A stretch of DNA of 57,206 nt from a virus (IMGVR_UViG_3300025769_000138:1-57206), one strand, 5' to 3'. Positions 29,815 through 39,436 are shown, counted from the stretch's first letter. Program-made: numbers and translations. The notes: a model not told the origin generated them from the letters alone.

Positions 29815-30141
29815 TTACATTCTCCTTCTCATATTATTTGCTATTGCACTATTGGTGTTACTCATCCATAACATATTCCATACTTCATATCCTTGACTAG
29901 GTAGTACTCTATGTGCTACAGGAGTAAGCTTTATATCTTTATCAGATAATATCCAATCATCATATAGTCTTAAGAATACATCATTACTTATAGACCAGTC
30001 AAGAAACTCTTCTAAAGGACAAACACTTAAGCCTAAGAATATGTGAGGGCTTCTAGTAGTTATACCTTTAGCCCTTCTTCCCATAGCTCTATGCTTCTCC
30101 TTTAGAAATTTAATGACAGGTTTCAGATTTTTCTTTTTCAT
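29815..30141 (-). CDS. Divergent HNH-like protein
   Basis: LTPVAHRVLPSQGYEVWNMLWM resembles the SIDRID..GY...N..W HNH core. Confidence 0.45.
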   Translation of the reverse strand: MKKKNLKPVIKFLKEKHRAMGRRAKGITTRSPHIFLGLSVCPLEEFLDWSISNDVFLRLYDDWILSDKDIKLTPVAHRVLPSQGYEVWNMLWMSNTNSAIANNMRRRM

Positions 30142-30346
30142 CTAATTCTTCCTGCATTAATGCTGAAACCTCTTCTAGTTGCTCCATAGAAGCTGAATTA
30201 ATAAAATCTAGAGCTGCAAGTATAAACCCTGCATTAATAGATAGGGGATGAAATAGATCTATATCTTTAGGGTTTAGATCATAAGATAATCTTATAGCAT
30301 TTGTATCTTCATCATATGTTATTTCTAGTTCAAATTTATTAGTCAT
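30110..30346 (-). CDS. Hypothetical protein
   Basis: ORF with GAGGAG RBS. Confidence 0.65.
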   Translation of the reverse strand: MTNKFELEITYDEDTNAIRLSYDLNPKDIDLFHPLSINAGFILAALDFINSASMEQLEEVSALMQEELDEKEKSETCH

Positions 30347-30575
30347 CTTTAAGCTCCTCTTCAATAACTTCTAGTAGGGATCTACTATCTTTACAAAGAT
30401 AGTACTGAATATAAAATTCTTTACCTTTATTTGGTGTTACTTTTATGTCTAAAGATATGTCTGACCAGTCTGTGATACCCTCTAATGCCTTGTCATTTTG
30501 TATCTCAAAAGAAAAATCCTTTACATACTTTCTATAGGATGATATCTCCCATTTGTATACAGTATATTTAGTCAT
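30339..30575 (-). CDS. Hypothetical protein
   Basis: Coupled ORF. Confidence 0.65.
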   Translation of the reverse strand: MTKYTVYKWEISSYRKYVKDFSFEIQNDKALEGITDWSDISLDIKVTPNKGKEFYIQYYLCKDSRSLLEVIEEELKDD

Positions 30576-31503
30576 CCTTAAGTTCCTCTTTAATCATAGC
30601 TGCTAAATCCCTGATCTCTTTCTGAGCATGAGGATCTTCTCTTAAACCTATAAGCCTATTCCAAGCATCCATATTACCTGTAAGATAGTATTCAGTATAC
30701 ATACTCTGAGGAGGTATCATACGGACTTGCTCTGGCGATACTGCCTCTCCTATCCCTTCTATGTATAGGTATTTGCCTACTTCATGGTATGGTACATACT
30801 CTCCAGTAATAGGGTGCTGAAGGACAGGCTCCCAATCCACAAACTCATCCTCACAAGATCCTTGCTTCTTATTCTTAGAAGCTTTCCTCCAGTTATCTGG
30901 AGTATAGAACTCAGGATCATCTGATACGTATCTACGGCTTACTTCATTCTTAGCTAACTCTAAAGGAAAGCTAAAGCCAAAGTCTAGCTGATGCTTAATC
31001 ATCTGACGCTCTATAAAGATAGGATTCTTAATATGTAGAGTTTTATAGTTGTGCTTAGGATCAGTAATAAATTCTACTAAAGTTATATCATGGATATGAT
31101 TAGACCAGACAGGCTCGGATAAAGCATTACTTACAGTTTTATTAGCCTTATACCTAATCTCGTATTCTAGGTCGTCAAAGCCTATCCGTAATTTTATAAG
31201 CTCTAATAACGCCCATAAGCTACCTGATATAATCTTACCTTCGTTCACAGTAGATATATTAAGACCTGCCATAAGTCTCTTGTTAGTTATAACATCCTCT
31301 AGATCATCCCAAGAACAATCCACTAGGAAAGTCAGATGACTATGGAAGAAAGGACTTAAGTGATTATGCTTAATAAGGTACTTGATAAGCTTAGAGTTCT
31401 GTTCTTCAGTATAGTTCTCTGCTTTTTTCTTGAACGAAACTCTAGCAGCATCTACTACTCTAGAGTCAAAGTCTTTAGTGTACGGTATTCTAGTTACTTC
31501 CAT
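30568..31503 (-). CDS. thyX: Flavin-dependent thymidylate synthase
   Basis: AARVSF, HLSPF, RQMIKH, NEVSRRY, HAQKEIR. Confidence 0.92.
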   Translation of the reverse strand: MEVTRIPYTKDFDSRVVDAARVSFKKKAENYTEEQNSKLIKYLIKHNHLSPFFHSHLTFLVDCSWDDLEDVITNKRLMAGLNISTVNEGKIISGSLWALLELIKLRIGFDDLEYEIRYKANKTVSNALSEPVWSNHIHDITLVEFITDPKHNYKTLHIKNPIFIERQMIKHQLDFGFSFPLELAKNEVSRRYVSDDPEFYTPDNWRKASKNKKQGSCEDEFVDWEPVLQHPITGEYVPYHEVGKYLYIEGIGEAVSPEQVRMIPPQSMYTEYYLTGNMDAWNRLIGLREDPHAQKEIRDLAAMIKEELKDD

Positions 31504-31892
31504 TTTAAATACTCCTCTAAAGGTTTCTCTGGTACAAGAGTTATAGGCGTCATCTGTGTATTCCCTTTGTTACTTACGGTTACACACCCCACACGAACTT
31601 GCATATTCTCTGGTAAGGTATTATACCCATAGCAAGACACAGACTCTACATAATGGACATGTCCGTCTAATATAAAAGATATGGTAAAGTGACTACCCAT
31701 CCTCTCAGACACCTCCTCAGTACTTCTGTCAGCCAACTCTTCAGTAGCTTTATCAATTAATTCTTTAAGTTCTTCTATGCTTTTATCTTTCATAATCAGC
31801 TCCCTCAGTTCCTTTACAAATTTATAAGGTGCAAACCCTAGCCCTTTACCTTCTAACCTGTACTTAGTATGTCTCTGCTCCCAATGATCCAT
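31494..31892 (-). CDS. Hypothetical protein
   Basis: ORF; start trimmed to the ATG after the nrdB stop. Confidence 0.55.
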   Translation of the reverse strand: MDHWEQRHTKYRLEGKGLGFAPYKFVKELRELIMKDKSIEELKELIDKATEELADRSTEEVSERMGSHFTISFILDGHVHYVESVSCYGYNTLPENMQVRVGCVTVSNKGNTQMTPITLVPEKPLEEYLKWK

Positions 31893-31896
31893 ACAA

Positions 31897-33159
31897 TCAA
31901 CCTCTACCCCAAACATTATCCCAAGATCCACTAAGCTCCTTCTTAGTATACTCTGTAACTCTAGCTTCAAAGAAGTTAGCATGTTCTACAGAGTTTAACA
32001 TATCAGCTAACCAAGGTAAAGGATTATCTTTAACTCCATAGTTAGTTTTTAATCCTAGCTGTAGTAATCTTCTATCAGCTATATACCTAATATATTGCTT
32101 AACTTCTTCTTTAGTTAATCCCTCTACTCCACCTTGAGCAAAAGCTAAGTCAATAAACCTATCCTCTAGATCTACCATCTGCCTACAACATTCATAGATC
32201 TCTCCTCTAGTCTCATCTCCAGCAGCACTATTCCAGAACACTTTATTGTCTTCCACTAAAGTACGGAATACTTTAATCATAGATTCTACATGAAGGCTCT
32301 CGTCTCTACATTTATGTTCAGATAAGTTCGTTACTCTTATCCCGCTTTCGCTGCTTTATGTTACCATAAAGATCGGACTATATCATCACCGCTCTTGCAG
32401 TGTTAGGCGCTTCGGGCTACTTAGCCCTACTCTCTTTCGAGATAGTCTCTGAACCTTCCAATTCTTGCCATAACTGTCAAGCAAGTATTGGCTTGGCTGC
32501 TGATTGTCCTTCTCAGGAGTTTCCAGCAATTCACCTAATTTAAGGAGCACTCAAGCTTAGTTAATGCTCCAGCTCACTATCTGTCCCATACCTTTCATCT
32601 TACCAAACCTTTGGAAGTTCATAAGGATGGCAAAGGAACTGAACAATTGCATACCTTCAGTAAATGCTGAGTAGATAGCTACAGATTTAAGTAGATCTGC
32701 GGTAGCATAAGTACCATCTAGTCTAGGCTTAAGATCCACCATAGATTCTACATAATCATGCTTATCTTTCATCTCTTCATACTCTAGGAAAGCTTTATAC
32801 TCTAGCTCAGGCATACCTACAGTATCTAATAGGTGAGCATATGATAATACGTGGTTGACTTCCATAGCAGCAAAGGTAGTCATCATCATTCTAAGATCAG
32901 GATTCTTAAACACCTTGATGTAATTATCTAAGTATCCTTTAGCAACATCCATATCTGCAGTAACAAAGAACCTAAAGATCTGAGTCAAAAGATTCTTCTC
33001 TTCAGGAGTTAACTTTAGTTTCCAGTCTGATATGTCCTCTTTCATAGGTACTTCTGAAGGAAGCCAGAACATACTTTGTTGTGCTTCTGTAGCTTCAATA
33101 GCCCATGAGAAGTCTAAGGGTCTGAAGTAGTTTCTTTCTTGTAGTGCTTTACTTGTCAT
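31897..33159 (-). CDS. nrdB: Ribonucleotide reductase class I beta subunit; exons 33159-32564 and 32308-31897
   Basis: FWLPSEV, EVNH..SY, EGMQLFSSF; splicing restores WSI-RDESLH; NFFEAR..Y tail. Confidence 0.93.
32309..32563 (-). mobile_element. ORF-less group I intron (IA2-like), 255 nt
   Basis: P1 exon GGAGCAU/GUGCUCC with U.G at the splice site; P3, P4, P7 (CAGAGACUA / GAUAUAGUCC), P7.1, P7.2, P8, P9; terminal G. Confidence 0.93.
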
Positions 33160-33553
33160 CCTGTATTTCCTTTAATTTGGGGTTAAAAAATGGCTTGTTA
33201 TCTCTTTGTATAATGATATTATAGGTAAAGTTCTTTAAATAGTTCTGATTAGTAGACTCAGACAATATATGTACATCCTCATAAAAAATGCTTGACATAG
33301 GATCTTCATGTAAATACAAAACATCTCCTATCTTTTTGTCAAATATATGGTAGCTATCTGGATCTACCTCTATCTCTGGAGAGCAGCAACCTTTAGAATA
33401 ATCCTCTGTTAAACTTTTATCATCTGCATCCCAATATCGCCATCTTTTAGGGTGTACCCCATTATCTAGTTCCCAAGTTCGTAACTTAACTCCGAACTCT
33501 TTAGCCATGTAAGCAGCTTCTAGAGGGCTCGTGTAATATAATTTACCTACCAT
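33149..33553 (-). CDS. Hypothetical protein
   Basis: ORF with RBS. Confidence 0.7.
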   Translation of the reverse strand: MVGKLYYTSPLEAAYMAKEFGVKLRTWELDNGVHPKRWRYWDADDKSLTEDYSKGCCSPEIEVDPDSYHIFDKKIGDVLYLHEDPMSSIFYEDVHILSESTNQNYLKNFTYNIIIQRDNKPFFNPKLKEIQDDK

Positions 33554-33732
33554 TATAATTCTCCTGTATATAAATCTTCAGCTAAGTTTATAGCCTCTGC
33601 TAAAGCCTCTAATAACTTATCATTATACTCTAGAACAAACTCGTAAGACTTATTTAAGTTACCATCATAGTTATCAATCAGTTTATCCCATTCTTCTATA
33701 GCTGGTCTAATATCTTTCCTAGATTTAATCAT
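33553..33732 (-). CDS. Small acidic hypothetical protein (59 aa)
   Basis: Read by hand; fills the gap with TAATG coupling. Confidence 0.6.
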   Translation of the reverse strand: MIKSRKDIRPAIEEWDKLIDNYDGNLNKSYEFVLEYNDKLLEALAEAINLAEDLYTGEL

Positions 33733-33735
33733 TCA

Positions 33736-35583
33736 TTAACCCTCACAACTTAAACATTCATTATCACCTGAGCTATAGCTATGTCTATCAAACTTTAGAC
33801 TAATGTTATCAGCTCTATTTTGTACCATTGTCCTACAATAGTACAACGTCTTCAATCCTTTTTTCCAAGCACTAAAATGTACTGAGTGCATATATTCTAC
33901 AGAAGCATCCGAAGGAAAGAATAGATTAACAGACTGAGACTGGCAGATATACTCTTGTCTAGCTGCTGCATGTTCTATAACCCAATGTTGGTCTATCTCA
34001 AAGGCAGTCTTGAAGGTATCTTTCTTATACTCGTCTATATCTATCCCTAGAATAGATCCTTGAGCAGAAGATACTTCAACCCATTGTTCTTCAGTTAATT
34101 CTAAGAACTTATTCCTTACTATAGTAGTGCCATTAAGAGTCTTCTGCCCTACAAGATTAGTAGAGAAAGGTTCTATAGAAGGACTAGTACCACAAATAAT
34201 ACCTGAAGAAGCGTTAGGTGCTATAGCTAATAGCTGAACATTCCTCTGCATATACTTTGTAGTTTCTGTTATAGAATAGGTGCTACCTTCTTTATGGTTT
34301 AAGGTAAATGTAGGAGTGTCTCCATATAAGGTTTTTCTTTTTCCTGTAAGTTGTTCATTTATAAGTATTGTATCTTCTTCTATAGGACAAGGACCTCTCT
34401 CTATAGCCAACTCTCTAGTAGCCTCTGTAGCTTTCTCTTTAATATCCTTAAAGATATTCCTATTATAAGAACTAGCTAAAGCAGATTCAAAAGGAACACC
34501 TTTAGATTGTAGATAAGCATGGAAGCCCATAGCACCTAAGCCTATATCTCTACCTCTAATAGCCCCTTTAACAGCCTTAGACATAGTTTCTGGAGCGTTA
34601 TCTATGAAGTCTTGTAGAACATTATCAAGCATCCTTATAAGATCCTTCACCATGTCTGTGTCCTTCCATTCGTCATACTTCTCTAGGTTGACTGAGGATA
34701 GACAACATACTGCTGTAGTCTCAGGATCTGTAGGTATTAAAATCTCACTACAAAGATTTGATTGGCTAATCTCAAGCCCTGCATCTTTATAAGCTTGAGG
34801 TCTATGTCTATTAGAAGCATCTATGAAATGTAGATAAGGCTCTCCTGTTTCAAACCTAGTCTTAAGTATCTGTTCCCATAGATCAGAAGCCTTAACAGTC
34901 TCGGTAACTTCTTTAGTATGAGGGTCTATAAGATCCCAAGAATCATCAAAGTCTTTATCCTTCATCTTAGCTTCAACAAGTTTCATGAAACTATCAGGAA
35001 TATTAATACCGTGATGTAGGTTGAGGTTCTTTCTATTAGGATCTCCTTTAGGTATTCTCATAGATAGGAACTCAGATATTTCTGGATGGGATATATCTAG
35101 GTATGAGGCGTACCCCCCTCTACGAGTAACAGATTGATTTACTGCTAATATTAATCTATCAACAACATGCATAAAAGGTATCATACCAGTGGATTTAGAC
35201 CCTTGAGAAGTACCAGAACCTTCGGATCTAATCCTAGACCAGTTAGACCCTATGCCACCTCCCATAGATGCTAACCAAATAGTGTCAGAGTAATTATCCG
35301 CTATACCTTCTCTAGAGTCATCTAACTCATTTAAGAAACAGCTAATAGGTAGCCCCCTCTTAGTGCCTCCATTAGATAATACTGGAGTAGCAAAACCAAA
35401 CCAAAGATTAGAAGCATAATCGTATAATCTTTGAGCATGTGCTTCATCATCCCCATAATAAGAAGCTACTCTAGCAAAAGCATCTTGAGGAGAATCTTCT
35501 CCTTCTATTAGATATCTTTCCTTGAGCATTACCTTAGCTGCTTCTGATAGCAGTTCATCTTTAGTATAATCAATCTGTACCAT
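33736..35583 (-). CDS. nrdA: Ribonucleotide reductase class I alpha subunit, no ATP cone
   Basis: ATPVLSN, ISCF, SNLCSE, APNASS, TLYY, C-terminal CLSCEG. Confidence 0.95.
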   Translation of the reverse strand: MVQIDYTKDELLSEAAKVMLKERYLIEGEDSPQDAFARVASYYGDDEAHAQRLYDYASNLWFGFATPVLSNGGTKRGLPISCFLNELDDSREGIADNYSDTIWLASMGGGIGSNWSRIRSEGSGTSQGSKSTGMIPFMHVVDRLILAVNQSVTRRGGYASYLDISHPEISEFLSMRIPKGDPNRKNLNLHHGINIPDSFMKLVEAKMKDKDFDDSWDLIDPHTKEVTETVKASDLWEQILKTRFETGEPYLHFIDASNRHRPQAYKDAGLEISQSNLCSEILIPTDPETTAVCCLSSVNLEKYDEWKDTDMVKDLIRMLDNVLQDFIDNAPETMSKAVKGAIRGRDIGLGAMGFHAYLQSKGVPFESALASSYNRNIFKDIKEKATEATRELAIERGPCPIEEDTILINEQLTGKRKTLYGDTPTFTLNHKEGSTYSITETTKYMQRNVQLLAIAPNASSGIICGTSPSIEPFSTNLVGQKTLNGTTIVRNKFLELTEEQWVEVSSAQGSILGIDIDEYKKDTFKTAFEIDQHWVIEHAAARQEYICQSQSVNLFFPSDASVEYMHSVHFSAWKKGLKTLYYCRTMVQNRADNISLKFDRHSYSSGDNECLSCEG

Positions 35584-35795
35584 TAACTAAAATCCCCATT
35601 AATAATTGACCATAACGGTCCTTGCAATTTGTTTATTTCTTCTTTAGTACCTGTAGCTAATATCTCTATAGGTTTCTTGCCATCTGTACTTTTATTATTA
35701 GAAGTAAACCATAAGTCTACGTTAGCTGGCTTAAGTACATAAGAAGCCAGTTTATAAGTCTCTATAGTTTCCCAAGTTCTTTCTTCTGGTGTCAT
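35583..35795 (-). CDS. Stand-alone Xre/MbcA/ParS antitoxin C-terminal domain-like protein
   Basis: W-x3-N-x4-G-x2-P-I-E-I-L...L-x2-I-x2-G-D-F-S pattern. Confidence 0.6.
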   Translation of the reverse strand: MTPEERTWETIETYKLASYVLKPANVDLWFTSNNKSTDGKKPIEILATGTKEEINKLQGPLWSIINGDFS

Positions 35796-35846
35796 ATTCT
35801 TTATTGTCCTTATTTAATTCTCCTCCTCTTTCCTTAGGATTACTTA

Positions 35847-36080
35847 CTAACTTAATAGGGAGGTTAAATCTTTTTCTGTTAGAGTACCTAGTTCTGTTAT
35901 CTCTAATACTTTAAATATTCTAGACACTGCAAAATCTTGTTTAAAGGTCTTAGACCTCTCCATTAGTGCTTTAGCCTGTAGCTCTGCTGTAGTTTTATCT
36001 TTAAAATACCCTAATATCTCTTCCTGATAACTTAAGTCATATGTACAGGCGTATTCATGTTTCAATATATATATAGTCAT
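35847..36080 (-). CDS. Hypothetical protein
   Basis: Coupled ORF. Confidence 0.65.
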   Translation of the reverse strand: MTIYILKHEYACTYDLSYQEEILGYFKDKTTAELQAKALMERSKTFKQDFAVSRIFKVLEITELGTLTEKDLTSLLS

Positions 36081-36409
36081 AACAACTCCTTAAAAAAATA
36101 TTCAGCATCTAATAATACTAAAGGTTTCTTATGATTAGCTTTAATAACAACTAAAGGTTCATACTTACCTGCGTTAGCTTGAGCTTGTTCATAATATTTA
36201 TATACAGCTATAGCCTTAAGACTCTTACATTCTACAGAATAAGGAAATAACTTACGAGCTGCTGGAGATAATTGTACATCTTCCCCTCCAGCTCCCATAC
36301 TTGTAGACTTAACATCATCAGGCTCTAGCTTAGGGAAGGTCTTAAGGATAAGATCTCTTACGTATTTTTGTAAGTTTCTTCCTTTAGCTTTTTTGCTTTG
36401 AGTCTTCAT
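36077..36409 (-). CDS. Holliday junction resolvase-like PD-(D/E)XK nuclease
   Basis: KAKGRNLQ, MGAGGEDV, ECK. Confidence 0.75.
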   Translation of the reverse strand: MKTQSKKAKGRNLQKYVRDLILKTFPKLEPDDVKSTSMGAGGEDVQLSPAARKLFPYSVECKSLKAIAVYKYYEQAQANAGKYEPLVVIKANHKKPLVLLDAEYFFKELL

Positions 36410-37286
36410 AAGTAACTTCCTTATCTTTATCTAAGAACCACTTCTTAGTTTTACCTTTCTCACCTAATCTATACTCAGCTTCAGGATGACATTTATCTTT
36501 TCTAGGACAGAATTGACAAGGCTCTCCTGTACCACAGGCTATAACTTTCTCTCCTGTTTTCTTACCATACCAGGTTTCTTCTTTAACTCCAGGGCAGGGA
36601 GGTAGAGGTCTATCATTCTTAAAGTGGTCTACTACTTTAGTAATATCCTTTAAAGCTTCTTGTCTCTCATCTTCTACTTCAAGGAATTTAAACTCTCCGC
36701 TAACCTTATTTACCACAAACAAGCCTTTAAAGCAAGAGCTATCTACATCTTTTTTAGCTGCATTATATCCCCATCCTTGTAACCTATAGCCAAAGCTATC
36801 CTCCTCTTTAAAAGATTCATAATCTTTAAACTTATGCTCAAAGGAATGAGGGGAACAAGACTTGATATCTATAAGATAATTCTCTCCAGTTAATTGATCT
36901 TTATAAATATGGTCATACTCCCCTTTAATAGTCTCTCCTAATATATCTAGCTCTACCTTACCTGATTCCCCTACAATATCAACACCTGAAGCTTTAAGCA
37001 ATACAGTTATCATAGCTTCAATAATATCCCCATAAGTAACTAAGAGCTTAAACTCAGGAGACTTAAGATCTTCTCCATATAGTTTATCCATATGTAATTG
37101 TCTTAAGTCTTTACCTATGTTAGACATCCTAAGTCTAAACTCTTTTTCTCTAGGAGTATTGAATTGCTTAACGAGAATATTCTTACATAAAGTACCAAAC
37201 TCTTCTATCAATTCATCTGATATATTTACGGGTACTTTATTAGCCTTAGCAAGTAAAGCTCTAAGTTTAATCTCTAGCTCATTCAT
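36384..37286 (-). CDS. PD-(D/E)XK exonuclease (Cas4/RecB-like)
   Basis: LRMSNIG, GEYD, DIKS, Q..GY, C-terminal CQFC..C. Confidence 0.8.
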   Translation of the reverse strand: MNELEIKLRALLAKANKVPVNISDELIEEFGTLCKNILVKQFNTPREKEFRLRMSNIGKDLRQLHMDKLYGEDLKSPEFKLLVTYGDIIEAMITVLLKASGVDIVGESGKVELDILGETIKGEYDHIYKDQLTGENYLIDIKSCSPHSFEHKFKDYESFKEEDSFGYRLQGWGYNAAKKDVDSSCFKGLFVVNKVSGEFKFLEVEDERQEALKDITKVVDHFKNDRPLPPCPGVKEETWYGKKTGEKVIACGTGEPCQFCPRKDKCHPEAEYRLGEKGKTKKWFLDKDKEVTYEDSKQKS

Positions 37287-37498
37287 CAGTCTAATTCCTT
37301 CTTCATTAGCTTAAGACCTTCTATAAGAGCAGCTATAGATTCTTTTTCTATAAAGGCTACATGTGAGTTCTGGTTTAATCTTATACTACCTAATGCATCC
37401 TCTTTGGAGAGGTGTACGTAACCTACTCTAGATTGTCTAACCGCAACACTCTCAATAGGTCTAGTTTCTTCTTTATAATTAATCTGTAATCTATCCAT
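37286..37498 (-). CDS. Hypothetical protein, paralog of 40381..40596
   Basis: Shared INYKEETRPIES and FIEK..I..LIE.LKL. Confidence 0.7.
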   Translation of the reverse strand: MDRLQINYKEETRPIESVAVRQSRVGYVHLSKEDALGSIRLNQNSHVAFIEKESIAALIEGLKLMKKELD

Positions 37499-37518
37499 AG
37501 TTTCTTTCTCCTTTTATA

Positions 37519-37932
37519 CTACACTAATCCTTTTAAATCTACTGGTTTAAAACTATCTGGCTTAAGAATTTTACCTTCATCATTCCTTAATACAGATCCA
37601 TCTGGAAGTATCTTTGTTAAGTTAGAGTCACATATCCTATTCATAACTTCATGTATAAGATTAGTAGCCTCTTGATGAGACTTACCTTTAAGTCTGCCTA
37701 GTTTATAGATTATATTAAGAGCTATGAAAGCTACATCTCCAGCACCATCTAAGATCTCAATATCATCCTCAGCTCCTGAAGCTTTCTCTAGCTCGCAATA
37801 CTCTTCATGAAGATAACAATATACAGAAGTATCTATAGTCTGGTAAGTTAAATCTGTATCTTGAAGTTCTAAGTCTCTAGCAAACTTAGTCATCTTAGAA
37901 ATAAAATCATTACTTATAATTGGATCTGTCAT
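37519..37932 (-). CDS. MazG-like/PRA-PH nucleoside triphosphate pyrophosphohydrolase
   Basis: EEYCE, DGAGD, SNLTK, GKILKP. Confidence 0.8.
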   Translation of the reverse strand: MTDPIISNDFISKMTKFARDLELQDTDLTYQTIDTSVYCYLHEEYCELEKASGAEDDIEILDGAGDVAFIALNIIYKLGRLKGKSHQEATNLIHEVMNRICDSNLTKILPDGSVLRNDEGKILKPDSFKPVDLKGLV

Positions 37933-38081
37933 TTGAATATCTTCTTTATTTGTTTATCATACTTCTTATTTCTTTTTCTAGTCTTATCTGTAGCCTTAAG
38001 TATAAGAGGGATGAGGAGTCTGTGAGATAAATACCCCACAGACAAACCGACTACCAGAAAGACAAGTATAAATGTACCCAT
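37929..38081 (-). CDS. Small single-pass membrane protein (50 aa)
   Basis: Read by hand: MGTFILVFLVVGLSVGY... plus basic tail; ATGA overlap with next gene. Confidence 0.6.
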   Translation of the reverse strand: MGTFILVFLVVGLSVGYLSHRLLIPLILKATDKTRKRNKKYDKQIKKIFK

Positions 38082-38082
38082 C

Positions 38083-39243
38083 TTATTTATTCCCCTCAAT
38101 CATCTTCTTATTAAGATCCATTAAAGCTTGAAGACCTACGGCATCAAAAGGATTTACTTTGGTTCCATCAGCATCAGAGCCTCCACTTACCATAATCTGA
38201 GGTAATCTTACTTTAGATAACTCTCTTGCTACACCAATAGCTGTATCCCTATCAAACTCAGCTTGCTCTCTAGGAGATAAACCAGCAGCTACCTTTAGTC
38301 TAGCAGCCTCAGCTTCAGCTTCACCTTTAAGGATGATAGCTTTCTTTTCTTCCTCAGCTTTAAGAGCTAACTGCTCTGCTACTTCCTTCTCCTTCTCAGC
38401 CTTAATAACAGCAGACTCTTTCTCTACTAGAGCTTTGTACTTCTCCCTAGCTACATTAGCCTTCCCTTGTTCCTCAGCTTTGATAGCATCTTGTTTAGCT
38501 TTCTTAGCTTCAGCTTTAGCAAGGATCTCTTCTTGCTCTGATTTCTTACGTGCAGAAATTAACTGATCTGTTTTATCATCAAAGTCTATTTCTTTGATAA
38601 CCAATTGGATAACATCTACATTATAAGTCTCGAAAGCAGAAGGTTCATTAATAATAGGAACACCATTCTTATCTAATTTTTTAGATACAACCCTAATGAT
38701 CTTAGAGTTACCTTCTGAATCAGTGATACTTTTTTCTTCGTACTCTGTAGCATATAACCCTTCTTTAACCTGCTCTAATACAAGGTTAATAAAATCTCCT
38801 CTACGAGTAGAGTACACTTCCTCTGCACCAAAATGAGTAGCAGATTGTTTAAGGGTAGCTGCTACTACCTGTCTGACTAGATCTGTATGAACTGCTTCAT
38901 AAGAACGGAACTCATTATGTAGTTTAAGTACATCTTTTTCTTTAGCTGGTAACTTAAATTTAATCTGTCCTGTAATAGCAGCTGTAGCTCCATCATTAAA
39001 TCGAACGGTGATAGGCTGATTATCAAAGCTATATGTATCTGATATCTTATAAGTAAAGATATCTCCAAAGTTCTGTAAATACATACCAGGATCTGTTTTA
39101 ACAGACATATTACCAGAAATAGCAGCCTGTTTTACTTGCATATAACCTGCATTATTAGTCTCAATTAAACTGGCTCCAGCAGTTAGTCCTACAACAACTG
39201 CAAGCCCTCCTATTACAATAGAAATATCTTTTAATATACTCAT
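38083..39243 (-). CDS. SPFH/Band 7 family membrane protein
   Basis: N-terminal TM helix, VRFNDG, AE-rich coiled coil, GEAEA. Confidence 0.85.
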   Translation of the reverse strand: MSILKDISIVIGGLAVVVGLTAGASLIETNNAGYMQVKQAAISGNMSVKTDPGMYLQNFGDIFTYKISDTYSFDNQPITVRFNDGATAAITGQIKFKLPAKEKDVLKLHNEFRSYEAVHTDLVRQVVAATLKQSATHFGAEEVYSTRRGDFINLVLEQVKEGLYATEYEEKSITDSEGNSKIIRVVSKKLDKNGVPIINEPSAFETYNVDVIQLVIKEIDFDDKTDQLISARKKSEQEEILAKAEAKKAKQDAIKAEEQGKANVAREKYKALVEKESAVIKAEKEKEVAEQLALKAEEEKKAIILKGEAEAEAARLKVAAGLSPREQAEFDRDTAIGVARELSKVRLPQIMVSGGSDADGTKVNPFDAVGLQALMDLNKKMIEGNK

Positions 39244-39266
39244 CATTCCACCTTTTGTTTATTAAA

Positions 39267-39343
39267 TGGTAGTCCCGACAGGGTTTGAACCTGCAATCTC
39301 CCGATTGAAAGTCGGACGTGTTAACCAATTACACTACGGGACC
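39267..39343 (-). tRNA. tRNA-Glu(TTC)
   Basis: Cloverleaf, anticodon loop CTTTCAA, GGTTCAAACCC T-arm, encoded CCA. Confidence 0.92.
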
Positions 39344-39346
39344 GTA

Positions 39347-39424
39347 TGGTCAGGGTGGCAGGGTTTGCACCTGCGATCTCTGGTTTCCAAAACCAGCGGA
39401 TTAACTAGACTTTCCCACACCCTG
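39347..39424 (-). tRNA. tRNA-Pro(TGG)
   Basis: CAGGGTG/CACCCTG acceptor stem, anticodon loop TTTGGAA, encoded CCA; T-loop TGC instead of TTC. Confidence 0.88.
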
Positions 39425-39436
39425 ATAATTAATGCT

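Noticed and set aside
31897-33159. nrdB as a pseudogene or a case of stop-codon recoding
   Set aside because: The break is fully explained by a group I intron; other genes are intact in the standard code
38018-38043. GTCTGTG/CACAGAC hairpin as an ncRNA
   Set aside because: Lies within a plausible 50-aa membrane protein ORF that fills the gap exactly
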